NCBI RefSeq assembly: GCF_006345805.1
Contig: NC_043011.1
Coordinates: forward strand, 13,466,464 to 13,530,463
Origin: Octopus sinensis
Taxonomy: Eukaryota
Length of the DNA: 64,000 bases
Reading direction: 5' to 3'
Made by a program: the position numbers and the translations under genes. Every line of letters starts with the position of its first letter. Position 1 is the first letter of the stretch. Of the stretch, positions 26,065 to 35,842 are shown in pieces. Under the pieces are notes generated by a model. It had not been told where the DNA came from and searched no databases. It saw only the letters and a program-made list of their open reading frames with translations.

Positions 26065-27214
26065 ATGTCATTATTAATGGCTGCATCCATTAGCTTGGTG
26101 AAGTTAGAAGAGCAATGGGGCGATAGTTGGCTGGGTAGGACACTGAAGTTTGCTTCTAAATGTCAAGGTATAATCCAGTAGAGAATAAGAGATTAAAGAG
26201 TTTGTGAAAACAGTAGCAAGTGGTATTGCTAATTGTGACATCGTTGTTCAGAAGAGGAAGAAAAGAGATGTTCACAAAGTTGGTGAAGGTCCTTTTGGAA
26301 TTGGGGCTAAAAGGAGCTACAACAGTCTGAGAGGCTATTAATCCCTTAACCCTTTCATTACTGTATTTATTTTAAGATGCTCTGTGTTTCTTTCAATTAA
26401 GTTTAGATATAACAAAGACTTTAGTAAAATAACTTAGTTATCATTCAGCTAGTGTTAGGAACATAAATTGTAACTAAGGTTTGGTGGTATATTTTGATGC
26501 AAAACTTATGAAAGCAAGACATTTATACTACAGAGCCAGAGCCAGTTTCAGCTGGGTTGGTAACGAAAGGGTTAAACAAGGAACATATGTTTTACAAAAT
26601 GAGATTTAAAAGCTCAAGAACATGAAATATTATTCTAAAATTTCACTGTAAATATTTCAACTGTGATTATATTATACAATGATGATGATGATGATGATGA
26701 TGATTAATTGTAGATGCATATTGACAGGATTGAATGTAGGCATGGTTGGATTACAGAAAAGCATACGGCATGGTACCACACGGTTGGAAGACTTGGGAAA
26801 GTGAACATCAGATGTGGTATATTTAAAGGTGATAGCTTATCTCCATTACTATTTGTATTGACCATGATACCATTCAGTTTGATATTACGAGAAGTTAAAA
26901 TATAGCTTATGATTTGGGAAAAGGATATGGTCAGATAAATCATCTCCTTTTTCATGGATGATATAAAAGATTTATGTGAAAAATGAGAAGCAGCTTGAAA
27001 GCCTTACACATACTCTTTTACTTGTTTCAGTCATTTGACTGTGGCCATGCTGGAGCACCGCCTTTAGTCGAGCAAATCGGCCCCAGGTCTTGTTCTTTGT
27101 AAGCCCAGTACTTATTCTATCGGTCTCTTTTGCCGAACTGCTAAGTGACAGGGACTTAAACACACCAGCATTGGTTGTCAAGCAATGCTAAGGGGGACAA
27201 ACACAGACACACAA

Positions 27215-27300
<86 letters not shown>

Positions 27301-30067
27301 TCATCATCATCATCATCATTTAACGTCCGCTTTCCATGCTAGCATGGGTTGGACGGTTCAACTGGGGTCTGGGGAGCCCGAAAGCTGCACCAGTCCAGTC
27401 AGATCTGGCAGTGTTTCTACAGCTGGATGCCCTTCCTAACGCCAACCACTCCGAGAGTGTAGTGGGTGATTTTATGTGCCACCGACACAGGTGCCAGACG
27501 AGGCTGGCAAACGGCCACGCTCGGATGGTGTTTTTATGTGCCACCGACACAGGTGCCAGACGAGGCTGGCAGACAGCCACGCTCGGATGGTGTTTTTTAT
27601 GTGCCACCGACACAGGTGCCAGACGAGGCTGGCAGACGGCCACGCTCGGATGGTGTTTTTATGTGCCACCGACACAGGTGCCAGACGAGGCTGGCAGACG
27701 GCCACGCTCGGATGGTGTTTTTATGTGCCACCGACACAGGTGCCAGATGAGGCTGGCAAACGGCCACGATCGGATGGTGCTTGTTACGTGCCCACAGCAC
27801 GGAGGCCAGTCGATGCGGTACTGGCTACGGCCACGTTCGGATGGTTTTCTTATGTGCCACGTGCCACCGGCACTGGTACCACAAAGATACAAATTCCATT
27901 GATGTTCATCTATTTTGATTTGTTTTGATTTGATTTTGATTTTCACTTGCCTCAACAGGTCTTCACAAGTGTCACAAGAAGGAAGGTATGCACAGGTGGA
28001 CTGACTACGTCCCAGGTAGAGGCCATGGGTTATGGCCTGACTAGTCTTGCCGGGTCTTCGGATGGTGTTTTTATGTGCCACCGACACAGGTGCTAGATGA
28101 GGCTGGCGAACGGCCACGATCGGATGGTGTTTGTCATGTGCCCACCGCACTGACTACGGCACTGATGGATTTCTTGTGTGCCACAGGCACTGGTACCACA
28201 AGATACAAATTCCATTGATGTTCATCTATTTTGTCTATTTTGATTTTGATTTTGATTTTGATTTTCACTTGCCTCAACCGGTCTTCACAAGTGTCACAAG
28301 AAGGAAGGTATGCACAGGTGGACTGACTAGTCTTGCCGGGTCTTCGGAAGGTGTTTTTATGTGCCACCGACACAGGCGCCAGATGAGGCTGGCGAACGGC
28401 CATGATCGGATGGTGTTTGTTACGTGCCCACAGCACGGAGGCCGGTTGATGCGGAACTGGCTACGGCCACGTTCGGATGGTTCTCATGTGTGCCACCGGC
28501 ACTGGTACCACAAAGTTGTGGCCACCGGCACTGGTACCACAAAGATACAGATTCCATTGATGTTCATCTATTTTGATTTGTTTTGATTTGATTTTCACTT
28601 GCCTCAACAGGTCTTCACAAGTGTCACAAGAAGGAAGGTATGCACAGGTGGACTGACTACGTCCCAGGTAGGGGCCATGGGTTATGGCCTGACTAGTCTT
28701 GCCGGGTCTTCGGATGGTGTTTTTATGTGCCACCGACACAGGTGCTAGATGAGGCTGGCGAACGGCCACGATCGGATGGTGTTTGTCATGTGCCCACAGA
28801 ACGGAGGCCAGTCGATGCGGTACTGGCTACGGCCACTTTCGGAGATGGTTTTCTCTTGTGTGCCACCGGCACTGGTACCACACAAGATACAGATCCATTG
28901 ATGTTCATCTATTTTGATTTGTTTTGATTTGATTTTGATTTTGATTTTCACTTGCCTCAACAGGCCTTTGATTTTCACTTGCCTCAACAGGCCTTCACAA
29001 GTATCACAAGGAGGAAGGTATGCACAGGTGGACTGACTACGTCCCAGGTAGGGGCCATGGTTTATGGCCTGACTAGTCTTGCCGGGTCTTCGGAAGGTGT
29101 TTTTATGTGCCACGACACAGGTGCTAGATGAGGCTGGCGAACGGCCACGACCGGATGGTGTTGTTATGTGCCCACAGCACGATGGCCAGTGATGCGGTAC
29201 TGACTACGGCCACGTTCGGATGGATTCTTGTGTGCCACCGGCACTGGTACCACAAGGGTACTGACTACGGCCAAGCGGTACTGACTACGGCCACGTTCGG
29301 ATGGATTCTTGTGTGCCACTGGCACTGGTACCACAAGGATACAAATTCCATTGATGTCATCTATTTTGATTTGTTTTGATTTTGATTTTGATTTTGATTT
29401 TCACTTGCCTCAGCAGGTCTTCACAAGTCGGAAGGTATGTACAGGTGGACTGACTACGTCCCAGGTAGGGGCCACGGGTTGTGACCTGACTAGTCTTGCC
29501 GGGTCTTCGGATGGTGTTTTTATGTGCCACCATGTTCCCACAGCACGGAGGCCAGTCGATGCGGTACTGGCTACGGCCACGTTCGGATGGTTTTCTTGTG
29601 TGCCACAGGCACTGGTACCACAAAGATACAAATTCCATTGATGTTCATCTATTTTGATTGATTTTGATTTTCACTTGCCTCAGCAGGTCTTCACAAGTGT
29701 CACAAGAAGGAAGGTATGCACAGGTGGATCGACTACGTCCCAGGTAGGGGCCACGGGATATGGCCTGACTAGTCCTGCCGGGTCCTCTCATGCACAGCAC
29801 ACTTCCATAGGACTCGGTCTTCAGTCATTTCCTTGGTGAGACCTAAAGTTCGAAGGTCGTGCTTCACCACCTCGTCCCAGGTTTTCCTGGGTCTACCTCT
29901 TCCACAGGTTCCCTCAACTGCTAGGGTGTAGCACTTTTGCACACAACTATCTTCAGCCATTCTCGTCACATGACCATACCAGCGCAGCCGTCTCTCTTGC
30001 ACACCACAACTGACACTTCTTAGGTTCAACTTTTCTCTCAAAGTACTTACACTCTGACGATTATGAA

Positions 30068-30104
<37 letters not shown>

Positions 30105-32576
30105 TACGACAGGCTTCTTTCAGTTTCCGTCTACCAAATCCACTCACAAGGCATTGGTCAGCCTGGGGCTATATCAGAAGACACTTGCCCAAGATGCCAC
30201 GCAGTGGGACTGAACCCGGAACCATGTGGTTGGTTAGCAAGCTACTTACCACGTTCACATTTTCTACATCAAATGATGTAGGTGTAGAATTTGGGATTGA
30301 AAAGTATACTATATTGGTAATGAAAGAAGGAAGATTTGAAAAGATCCAGGAAATTGAAATGCCAAATGGATAAACAATAAAAAAACAGTTGAGAAAGGAC
30401 AGTGTGATAAGTATTTGGGAATACAGCAGGCAGATGAAATAAAACATGAAGAAATGAAATGAACTACACATAGGAAAGTGAAGAAATATTACAGTCAAAC
30501 AGTGACATACAGGAACTTAACAGAAAAAACTAGAAAGCTGTTGGCAATGTATGGAGCCCACCATCCAAAAGGTGATATTTATCAGCTGTACTTGAAGAGA
30601 GACCAGAGTGAAAGAGGCTTAACGGCTGAGGAAGAGTGTGTACAGACAGAAAGAAAATGCCTACTAGAATATCTAGAGAACACAAAGAAATTACTAAAGG
30701 CAGTGGATAAAGAACAGGTGATCAGTTTGGAATGAGAGAAAAGGATAAAAATGAAATTCAAGAGAGCAGACTGAAGAGAAACCTTTGCATGGTCAGTTTT
30801 GGAAAGCCATTGAGGATGTATGTGGAACAACCTGGGCTTGGTTTAAAAATGAGCAGTTAAAAAAAGAAACATAGGGCCTTATAATAACAGTTCAAGATCA
30901 AGTGTTGAAATCAAACAACTCAAGAAAATACGTGTATGGGTAGAAGGTGTCAGCAAAATGTGAAAGTTTGGGTTGAAGGTGTCAGCAAAAGGTGAAAGTT
31001 TGGGTTGAAGGTGTTAGCAAAATGTGAAAGTTTGGGTCAAAGGTGTCAGCAAAATGTGGAAGCTTTGTCAGAAACTGGGATTTAAAACTGGAAGTGCTTG
31101 GTGTGATCATTAGGTTGAAAGAGTGTTTGAGTTGGAGAATGCAAGAATTTATAGAATTTTCCCATTCAAACAGATAAGAAGCTAGAAAATAATAAACCAG
31201 ACATAAGTGTAATAGACAAGGAAAAGCGAATTGCTTACTAATTGATCCATCATGTCCATTCAATTCCAGGATTGTAACGAAAGAGGAAGAAAAATGAAAA
31301 AAAAATACAATCCCATAAAATTTGAAATTGTGAGAATTTGGAGTATGATGGAAACTGTAAAGATTGAGCCTGTAATAATTGGTAATAATTAGGGAACTGT
31401 GAATAATGCTACAGACAAATGGTTGAAGGAGAGTGGAACAGAATGTCCTGTAGAGCTTCTACGGAAAGTTTGCCTCTTAGGGACAGGGAAGATTATCAGA
31501 AGGGTTTTGAGCCCTTGAAAGATTATTGAAAGCTTGTGGATGTCTAAGGTGACTTGCTACCCACATAAATTCTACGAGGAATAATAATAACAAAGCTGAC
31601 TCAAAATTAGCAACAACAACAACAGCAAGAAGAAGAAGAAGAAGAAGAAGAAGAAGAAGAAGAAGAAGAAGAAGAAGAAGAAGAAGAAGAAGAAGAAGAA
31701 GAAGAAGAAGAAGAAGAAGAAGAAGAAGAAGAAGAAGAAGAAGAAGAAGAAGAAGAAGAAGAAGAAGAAGAAGAAGAAATCCAGCAACAACAACAACAAC
31801 AACAACAAGCATCTACAGCATCCCAAAAAGTGATTTCCAGAAATGTTTCCACTAGTGGCAGGAACACTGGCAGAAGTGTGTAGACTCCCAAAGCAAATTC
31901 TTTGAAGGAGACTAAATCAAAGTGGTGAGTTTTTTTAATTTTACTTGTTTTTTGGTCAAAGGTCGGATACTTTTTGACTACAACACATATATGGCAGATT
32001 TCTTGTACAGTTTCCATCTACCAAATATCACACACAAAACATCAATTAACCAGAGTCTGTTGTACATGACCCTTACCCAACATTATCAATTCTTGAATTT
32101 AAAAACTATCTGTGATAATAACTAGAGCACATTTACTTTCGTTTGTTTTCACTATTTTGATTGATAATATGGTGATTTTGGTACTAAATTGACATTGCTT
32201 CCTTTACAATGCAAATGTTTTTGGGAAAAGAATTCCAAGTGCTTCTCTAGAAATCTGAAACTTTCTAAGAAATCTTTTATTTTAAATCATAATCTATTTG
32301 TTAATTCTTATGTTAAATCATCCAAATTAGATAGTTAATTGTAAAAGGTGAAGTGATTTATTATTTTTGTCGAAAATTCTTGCTACAAAAAAGAAGGAAC
32401 ATGGTTTTCAAAAACAAAATAAATGGAAAATTGTACTCACCTACAGTAGCTATGATGCTGGTCATATGCGGCATCTTTACCTGAGGTGTATCAATATCCA
32501 AGGAACAAAGGTGTTCCAAGAAGGAATATTCCTTCTCTTCCGAAAACCCCTTTGACTGTGTTATAGCATCAACCAT
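1855..32576 (-). CDS. PKM: Pyruvate kinase-like gene, 8 coding exons, 3'-partial (375 aa in window), divergent active site
   Basis: Exons 32576-32441, 23966-23872, 19489-19367, 16095-15909, 13425-13274, 8108-7981, 4951-4801 and 2007-1855 join in frame (1125 nt). All introns are GT-AG. PK motifs seen: [58 protein letters not shown]. Confidence 0.95.
2141..2574. mobile_element. MITE with GGATCTTTTCGGTTTGAAC TIRs, internal TTAGGG-like repeats and a 9-bp TSD
   Basis: TIRs at both ends; TSD gtgttgtag at 2132-2140 and 2575-2583. Confidence 0.85.
2585..4112 (+). pseudogene. Degenerate 5'-truncated RTE LINE (RT domain to C-terminus)
   Basis: Frameshifted motifs [45 protein letters not shown] and [16 protein letters not shown]. 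Confidence 0.85.
4801..4951 (-). CDS. PKM: PK-like exon 7 ([51 protein letters not shown])
   Basis: Acceptor ttctgttttccAG, donor GTCTGT, 151 nt; aligns to [26 protein letters not shown]. Confidence 0.95.
5345..5560 (+). mobile_element. Short Penelope-type element with a decayed minimal hammerhead, ending at a (TA)n tract
   Basis: gtttCTGACTAagagctccacttGAAACGTTaaac at 5413-5447; a reverse-orientation partial copy of its tail lies at about 45350-45450. Confidence 0.55.
6130..6532 (-). mobile_element. Family B SINE with tandem-duplicated 3' unit
   Basis: Two consecutive copies of the ~180-bp body (6130-6310 and 6311-6490) followed by the head. Confidence 0.8.
6728..7040. repeat. Foldback element: ~118-bp inverted arms (6728-6989) plus a unique tail
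   Basis: ctgttgtgtctggggagagtc...ttgcaa / ttgcaacacg...gactctccccggacacaacag. Family members at about 4245-4425 and 35555-35790. Confidence 0.85.
7333..7781. mobile_element. GGATCTTTTC-TIR MITE, copy 2
   Basis: Same TIRs and body as 2141-2574; imperfect TSD cctttgat/ccttgat; short internal tandem duplication at about 7381-7460. Confidence 0.85.
7981..8108 (-). CDS. PKM: PK-like exon 6 ([42 protein letters not shown])
   Basis: Acceptor tttgctttccAG, donor GTATGT, 128 nt; KIISKIEN motif. Confidence 0.95.
8666..8878 (+). ncRNA. Cluster of hammerhead-ribozyme-like cores (probable Penelope-associated relic)
   Basis: CTGACGA at 8666, CTGAAGA at 8727 with CGAAAC at 8786, CTGATGA at 8807 with CGAAAC at 8864, and stem-II pairings. 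Stem I is poorly supported. Confidence 0.4.
9790..10880 (-). pseudogene. CRE-clade non-LTR retrotransposon 3' fragment (Zn knuckle + RLE), split by an RTE-tail insertion at 10263-10683
   Basis: [15 protein letters not shown]...[13 protein letters not shown] | [26 protein letters not shown]...WD...[11 protein letters not shown]...[13 protein letters not shown]. Confidence 0.8.
11201..11784 (+). mobile_element. Family B SINE, head plus three 3' units, 14-bp TSD
   Basis: TSD gtattttcttttat at 11187-11200 and 11785-11798; 11401-11580 is identical to 11581-11760. Confidence 0.9.
12110..12424 (+). pseudogene. R4/Dong-type LINE 3' end embedded in (AAT)n
   Basis: [41 protein letters not shown] plus 3'UTR, with (AAT)n arrays on both sides. 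Confidence 0.75.
13274..13425 (-). CDS. PKM: PK-like exon 5 ([51 protein letters not shown])
   Basis: Acceptor tctttcttccaacAG is the only one of the nearby AGs that keeps the frame; donor GTGCAA; 152 nt. Confidence 0.85.
13539..14240. repeat. 34-bp minisatellite, about 20 copies (gtacagtaagtgtactctagtgaaaatagaggag)
   Basis: Directly visible tandem array; 34-nt period confirmed at 14048/14082. Confidence 0.95.
14362..15670 (+). mobile_element. Helitron (5'-TC, 3' hairpin + CTCG, A/T target) carrying a degenerate PIF1 helicase C-terminal fragment at about 14561-15082
   Basis: [41 protein letters not shown]...[14 protein letters not shown]; hairpin ccgtcca-t-tggacgg. Same termini as 58190-58623. 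Confidence 0.85.
15909..16095 (-). CDS. PKM: PK-like exon 4, B/lid domain ([19 protein letters not shown]...[16 protein letters not shown])
   Basis: Acceptor tttaaattcAG, donor GTTTGT, 187 nt; aligns to KIYVDDGLISLQVKQK. Confidence 0.9.
17590..17826 (+). pseudogene. CR1-type LINE 3' end with (ATT)n tail
   Basis: [24 protein letters not shown]...SFKALM motif followed by 3'UTR and attattatta. Confidence 0.75.
19367..19489 (-). CDS. PKM: PK-like exon 3 ([41 protein letters not shown])
   Basis: Acceptor ttttgttatAG, donor GTAAGT, 123 nt, phase 0/0; aligns to PVAVALDTKGPEIRTG. Confidence 0.93.
19953..20661 (+). mobile_element. 5'-truncated RTE LINE (ORF C-terminus plus ~530-bp 3'UTR)
   Basis: [34 protein letters not shown], stop at about 20125, tail ending gatgatgaa. 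Confidence 0.85.
21479..21780 (-). mobile_element. tRNA-derived SINE, family C
   Basis: Reverse complement of tgtggaggcatatggcctagtggttagagcagtggg...gggtttgaatctc...gaaggaacaaac. Confidence 0.85.
22602..22995 (+). mobile_element. tRNA-derived SINE, family A, full length
   Basis: ggcgcaggagtggctgtgtggtaag...gggttcagtcccactg...gactgaaacaagtaaaaagag. Confidence 0.85.
23480..23782 (+). mobile_element. tRNA-derived SINE, family C, 12-bp TSD
   Basis: TSD acagtagagctg at 23468-23479 and 23783-23794; A/B-box-like head. Confidence 0.9.
23872..23966 (-). CDS. PKM: PK-like exon 2 ([32 protein letters not shown])
   Basis: Acceptor cctaaacAG, donor GTAAGT, 95 nt; aligns to [28 protein letters not shown]. 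Confidence 0.93.
24815..26340 (-). pseudogene. Degenerate APE-type LINE (Jockey/I/L2-like group), RT to poly-A tail
   Basis: Fragments [33 protein letters not shown]; A-rich tail near 24820-24850; (AG)n insert at about 26012-26060. Confidence 0.65.
26350..26571. mobile_element. piggyBac-like MITE (TTAA-CCC...GGG-TTAA)
   Basis: ttaa|ccctttc ... gaaaggg|ttaa; a related one-ended relic ends near 830. Confidence 0.7.
27011..30252 (-). mobile_element. Family A SINE split in its (TA)n middle by an RTE insertion
   Basis: 3' half at 27011-27230 and 5' half at 30100-30252, both flanked by (TA)n. Confidence 0.8.
27298..30062 (-). mobile_element. 5'-truncated RTE LINE with a 3'UTR expanded by higher-order tandem duplication
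   Basis: ORF end [12 protein letters not shown]...[17 protein letters not shown] stops at 29769; six copies of the cacttgcctc(a/g)..ggtcttcacaag block; (CAT)n tail at 27298-27320. Confidence 0.9.
31627..31779. repeat. (GAA)n microsatellite, about 50 units
   Basis: Directly visible. Confidence 0.98.
32441..32576 (-). CDS. PKM: PK-like coding exon 1 ([46 protein letters not shown])
   Basis: ATG at 32576; phase-1 donor G|GTGAGT. An acceptor-like ttttatttttccAG at 32627-32640 implies an upstream non-coding exon. Confidence 0.9.
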
Positions 32577-32787
32577 CTTTACTGATCAGAGTTGGAAGAG
32601 ACAAAGCATAAAATCTAAAGAGTCAGCTGGAAAAATAAAAGGGGAAATTGATATTGAGTTTTAAATTAGTATAACAGAATGAGATTAATGTGAAAGGGAA
32701 CAGATATTTAAAGTAGTAATAGTAATGATTTCTTTTATTGGCCACAAGGGCCCAAGACATGGAGGGCAATAACAAAGGATCAGATAC

Positions 32788-33232
32788 GGATCTTTTCGGT
32801 TTGAACGGCAGTTTTTTCTAGCGGTGTCATATGAAATTGTCACCCATAATTATGACCCTAGTATCGATCTATTGCATTTCAATCTGTTTTAGGGTTAGGG
32901 TTAGGGTTAGTTAGGGTTGGGGTTAGGGGTGGGGGGAAGGGTATCTTTTTTTCTTCACAAATGTAAATAAACCCAATCTGTTTCTTAAACGGGGGACATA
33001 TTCATATGGCACAGAATGTTTTTTTACCTCAATAGATGTCATTGATTGGTTGAAATTGTAGAAATTGAAAAAAAGAAACAACAACAAATATCTTACAAAC
33101 TATAGAATTTTCTCAATAAAGCCAAGAGAAAAAGATGTTTTATAAACACATTCTACCAGTATACGAAGTTTAACATTTTTTAGTTACCTAGAAATTATTT
33201 TTAAAAAACTGCCGGTCAAACCGAAAAGATCC
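32788..33232. mobile_element. GGATCTTTTC-TIR MITE, copy 3
   Basis: Same family; TSD tcagatac/tgagatac (7 of 8). Confidence 0.85.
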
Positions 33233-33344
33233 TGAGATACAATACACAAAACAGGTGGGAGTTTACATCAATCAAAGGGAGACATTGAAACATTAAAGGA
33301 TATAATAAAGAATATATAAATAGAAGTTAGAGAAATAAATAAAT

Positions 33345-33720
33345 AATTAATTAACAAAATCCCCAATAGTGAGGCATTCTACTTTAGGTAATTCGGGGTA
33401 AACTCCATGCAAAATCTCAGATTACTCTGCCATCTTCCAGTTTCTTTTCTCCTGCTTAGAAAAGCATACTCAGAGTAAATCCATTCAGTCTCTGTCTTGC
33501 CACTCTCATCCACCTTTTGATAAACATACTAGGAAGCAGCGCCTCTCTCTCTACCCACACCTTCCTCTTCAAATGATATTTAAAGGAATTGATGAGAGCT
33601 TGGCCAGGTAAGTAAGTGCCTAGGTGTGTGTCAGTTTGTCCACTGAAACACGAATAAGTTTATTCAGATACTAGGTCACTGAAAGAATATAGATTTTTGC
33701 ATGTTTGGTGTGAGATGAGA
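33345..33720 (-). pseudogene. Tx1/L1-like LINE 3' relic
   Basis: GQALINSFKYHLKRKVWVEREALLPSMFIKRWMRVAR. Confidence 0.55.
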
Positions 33721-34055
33721 AGGTATTAAATCACGACAGTTGGTAGTCCAATATATTAACTTGACAATAGATATATTTTATTTATAGACATTGTACTCCA
33801 AAAGGTCACCGATAAACACACCCGCGCGCGCGCACAGAAGGATATTTCAGGACAAAACAAAATACACAAACAAAGACATTATTAAACAGAAAAATAAAAC
33901 AGATTTCGAAGAAAAATCACAGGCACATTAAAGGTACATCAAGATACATAGGGTTCAACAAAGCCACCCTAAAACCCCAACGAAAGCTTTCTTTGACCAT
34001 GGAAGTGAAATGTCAAGGTTAGGTGCCCCGCCCACAACCACCGTATACCCAAATT

Positions 34056-34692
34056 CCGTCCATCTGTCCATCCATCCGTCCGTCCGTCCGTCCGTCCGTC
34101 CATCCATCCATCCGTCCGTCCATCCGTCCGTCCGTCCGTCCGTCCATCCATCCATCCATCCGTTCGTCCGTCCGTCCGTCCGTCCATCCATCCATCCATC
34201 CATCCGTCCGTCCGTCCGTCCGTCCATCCATCCATCCATCCGTCCGTCCGTCCGTCCGTCCGTCCGTCCGTCCATCCATCCATCCATCCGTCCGTCCGTC
34301 CGTCCGTCCGTCCATCCATCCATCCATCCATCCGTCCGTCCGTCCGTCCGTCCATCCATCCATCCATCCGTCCGTCCGTCCGTCCGTCCGTCCGTCCGTC
34401 CATCCATCCATCCACCGTCCGTCCGTCCGTCCGTCCGTCCGTCCATCCATCCATCCACCCGTCCGTCCGTCCGTCCATCCATCCATCCATCCATCCACCC
34501 GTCCGTCCGTCCGTCCGTCCGTCCATCCATCCATCCATCCACCCGTCCGTCCGTCCGTCCGTCCATCATCCATCCATCCACCCGTCCGTCCGTCCGTCCT
34601 CCGTCCGTCCATCCATCCATCCATCCATCCGTCCGTCCGTCCATCCATCCATCCGTCCATCCATCCATCCATCCATCCATCCATCCATCCAT
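34056..34692. repeat. Compound (CCAT)n/(CCGT)n tetranucleotide satellite
   Basis: Directly visible; explains the long MDGW/PSVR ORFs. Confidence 0.97.
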
Positions 34693-34720
34693 AAAACAAG
34701 GTATAAATGATGGTCGTTAC

Positions 34721-34954
34721 ATATTACTTTATTATAGTAAATTTGACTTACAGTTGTTTGCAGTAGCCATTATAGGTTCGTTATTGATGGGTTTACTTAA
34801 TTGACCCTTTGATCGGTTGAGAAAAATGGAACGACCTGAAGGATCAATTTTTTCTCAACTGATCAGTGGACCGATTGAGTAAACCAATCAATATCGAACC
34901 TTTAATGATTACTGGAAACACCTGTAAGTTAAATTTACTACAATAAAGTAATAT
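34721..34954. repeat. Imperfect foldback (~105-bp arms), MITE-like
   Basis: atattactttattatagtaaatttgacttacag... versus ...ctgtaagttaaatttactacaataaagtaatat; single-arm relative at about 59110-59175. Confidence 0.75.
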
Positions 34955-35504
34955 ATATATATCACTGTGTAAAAAAAAACAACAAAAAACCAAAAACAAA
35001 AAAACAAAAACAACAGTATAACTGGAACACAACCATGGATTTACAATATAGATCCTACCACCTGAATACTCGGAGTTCTTTACTATCTAAACAGTACCGT
35101 TAGCCTGGTGTACTAAGTATTTTGTCCGGATTGATAATCCACCCCACACTCTCTCTCTCTCATACATTCATACACACACACACACACATACACATATTTA
35201 TAAATTAAATATACACACACATACGAACACTTTCCTATAAGAACAGAGAGATATGCGGAAATGCTTTTTTGTCTACAGAAACAATATTTTCCTACGCCAA
35301 CACATTTACCTGTACCAACAGGGAGGTGAACGTACATCCGTGTGTATAAATATGTATTATTTTTATAACTTGCATTGCTTTGGTTTAAAAAAAAAAATAA
35401 AACACACACACACATATACACATGCTTACACACACACACACACACATACATAAACATCCGATTACACACACACACATATTTATGTATACACACACACACA
35501 CACA

Positions 35505-35554
<50 letters not shown>

Positions 35555-35792
35555 CTGTTGTGTTTGGGGAGAGTTATTTTCTTTTTGTGCCTTATAATAT
35601 AACACACTCACCGGTAAAATTTCCATTTTTTTCTTATTTTTCCTAAAATTTTCGTTGCATCTTGCAACCTTTTCATTAGTTTTGTAACATTATAAGGCGC
35701 AAAAAGAAAATGACTCTCTCCAGACACAACAGAATATGCTTCAACACACGACCTCATATAAAGAATCTTGCAAACCAAATCCAAAAACGAAT

Positions 35793-35842
<50 letters not shown>

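Larger units (their letters stand above)
26705..31580 (+). pseudogene. R4/Dong-type LINE relic (RT + RLE), interrupted at 27011-30252
   Basis: [15 protein letters not shown] and FMDD before the insertion; [11 protein letters not shown]...YLGI, IDPSCPF..RI..KEEEK and [14 protein letters not shown] after it. Confidence 0.8.

Noticed and set aside
31477-32017. Poly-L, poly-F and poly-S ORFs
   Set aside because: Translation of the (GAA)n microsatellite; the same applies to the many [12 protein letters not shown] ORFs from (TA)n and (CA)n.
32890-32940. Telomere or chromosome fusion site (TTAGGG repeats)
   Set aside because: Only a few units, internal to a recurrent MITE.
33955-34804. 190-260-aa ORFs (MDGWMDG.../PSVRPS...)
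   Set aside because: Artefacts of the stop-free CCAT/CCGT satellite.
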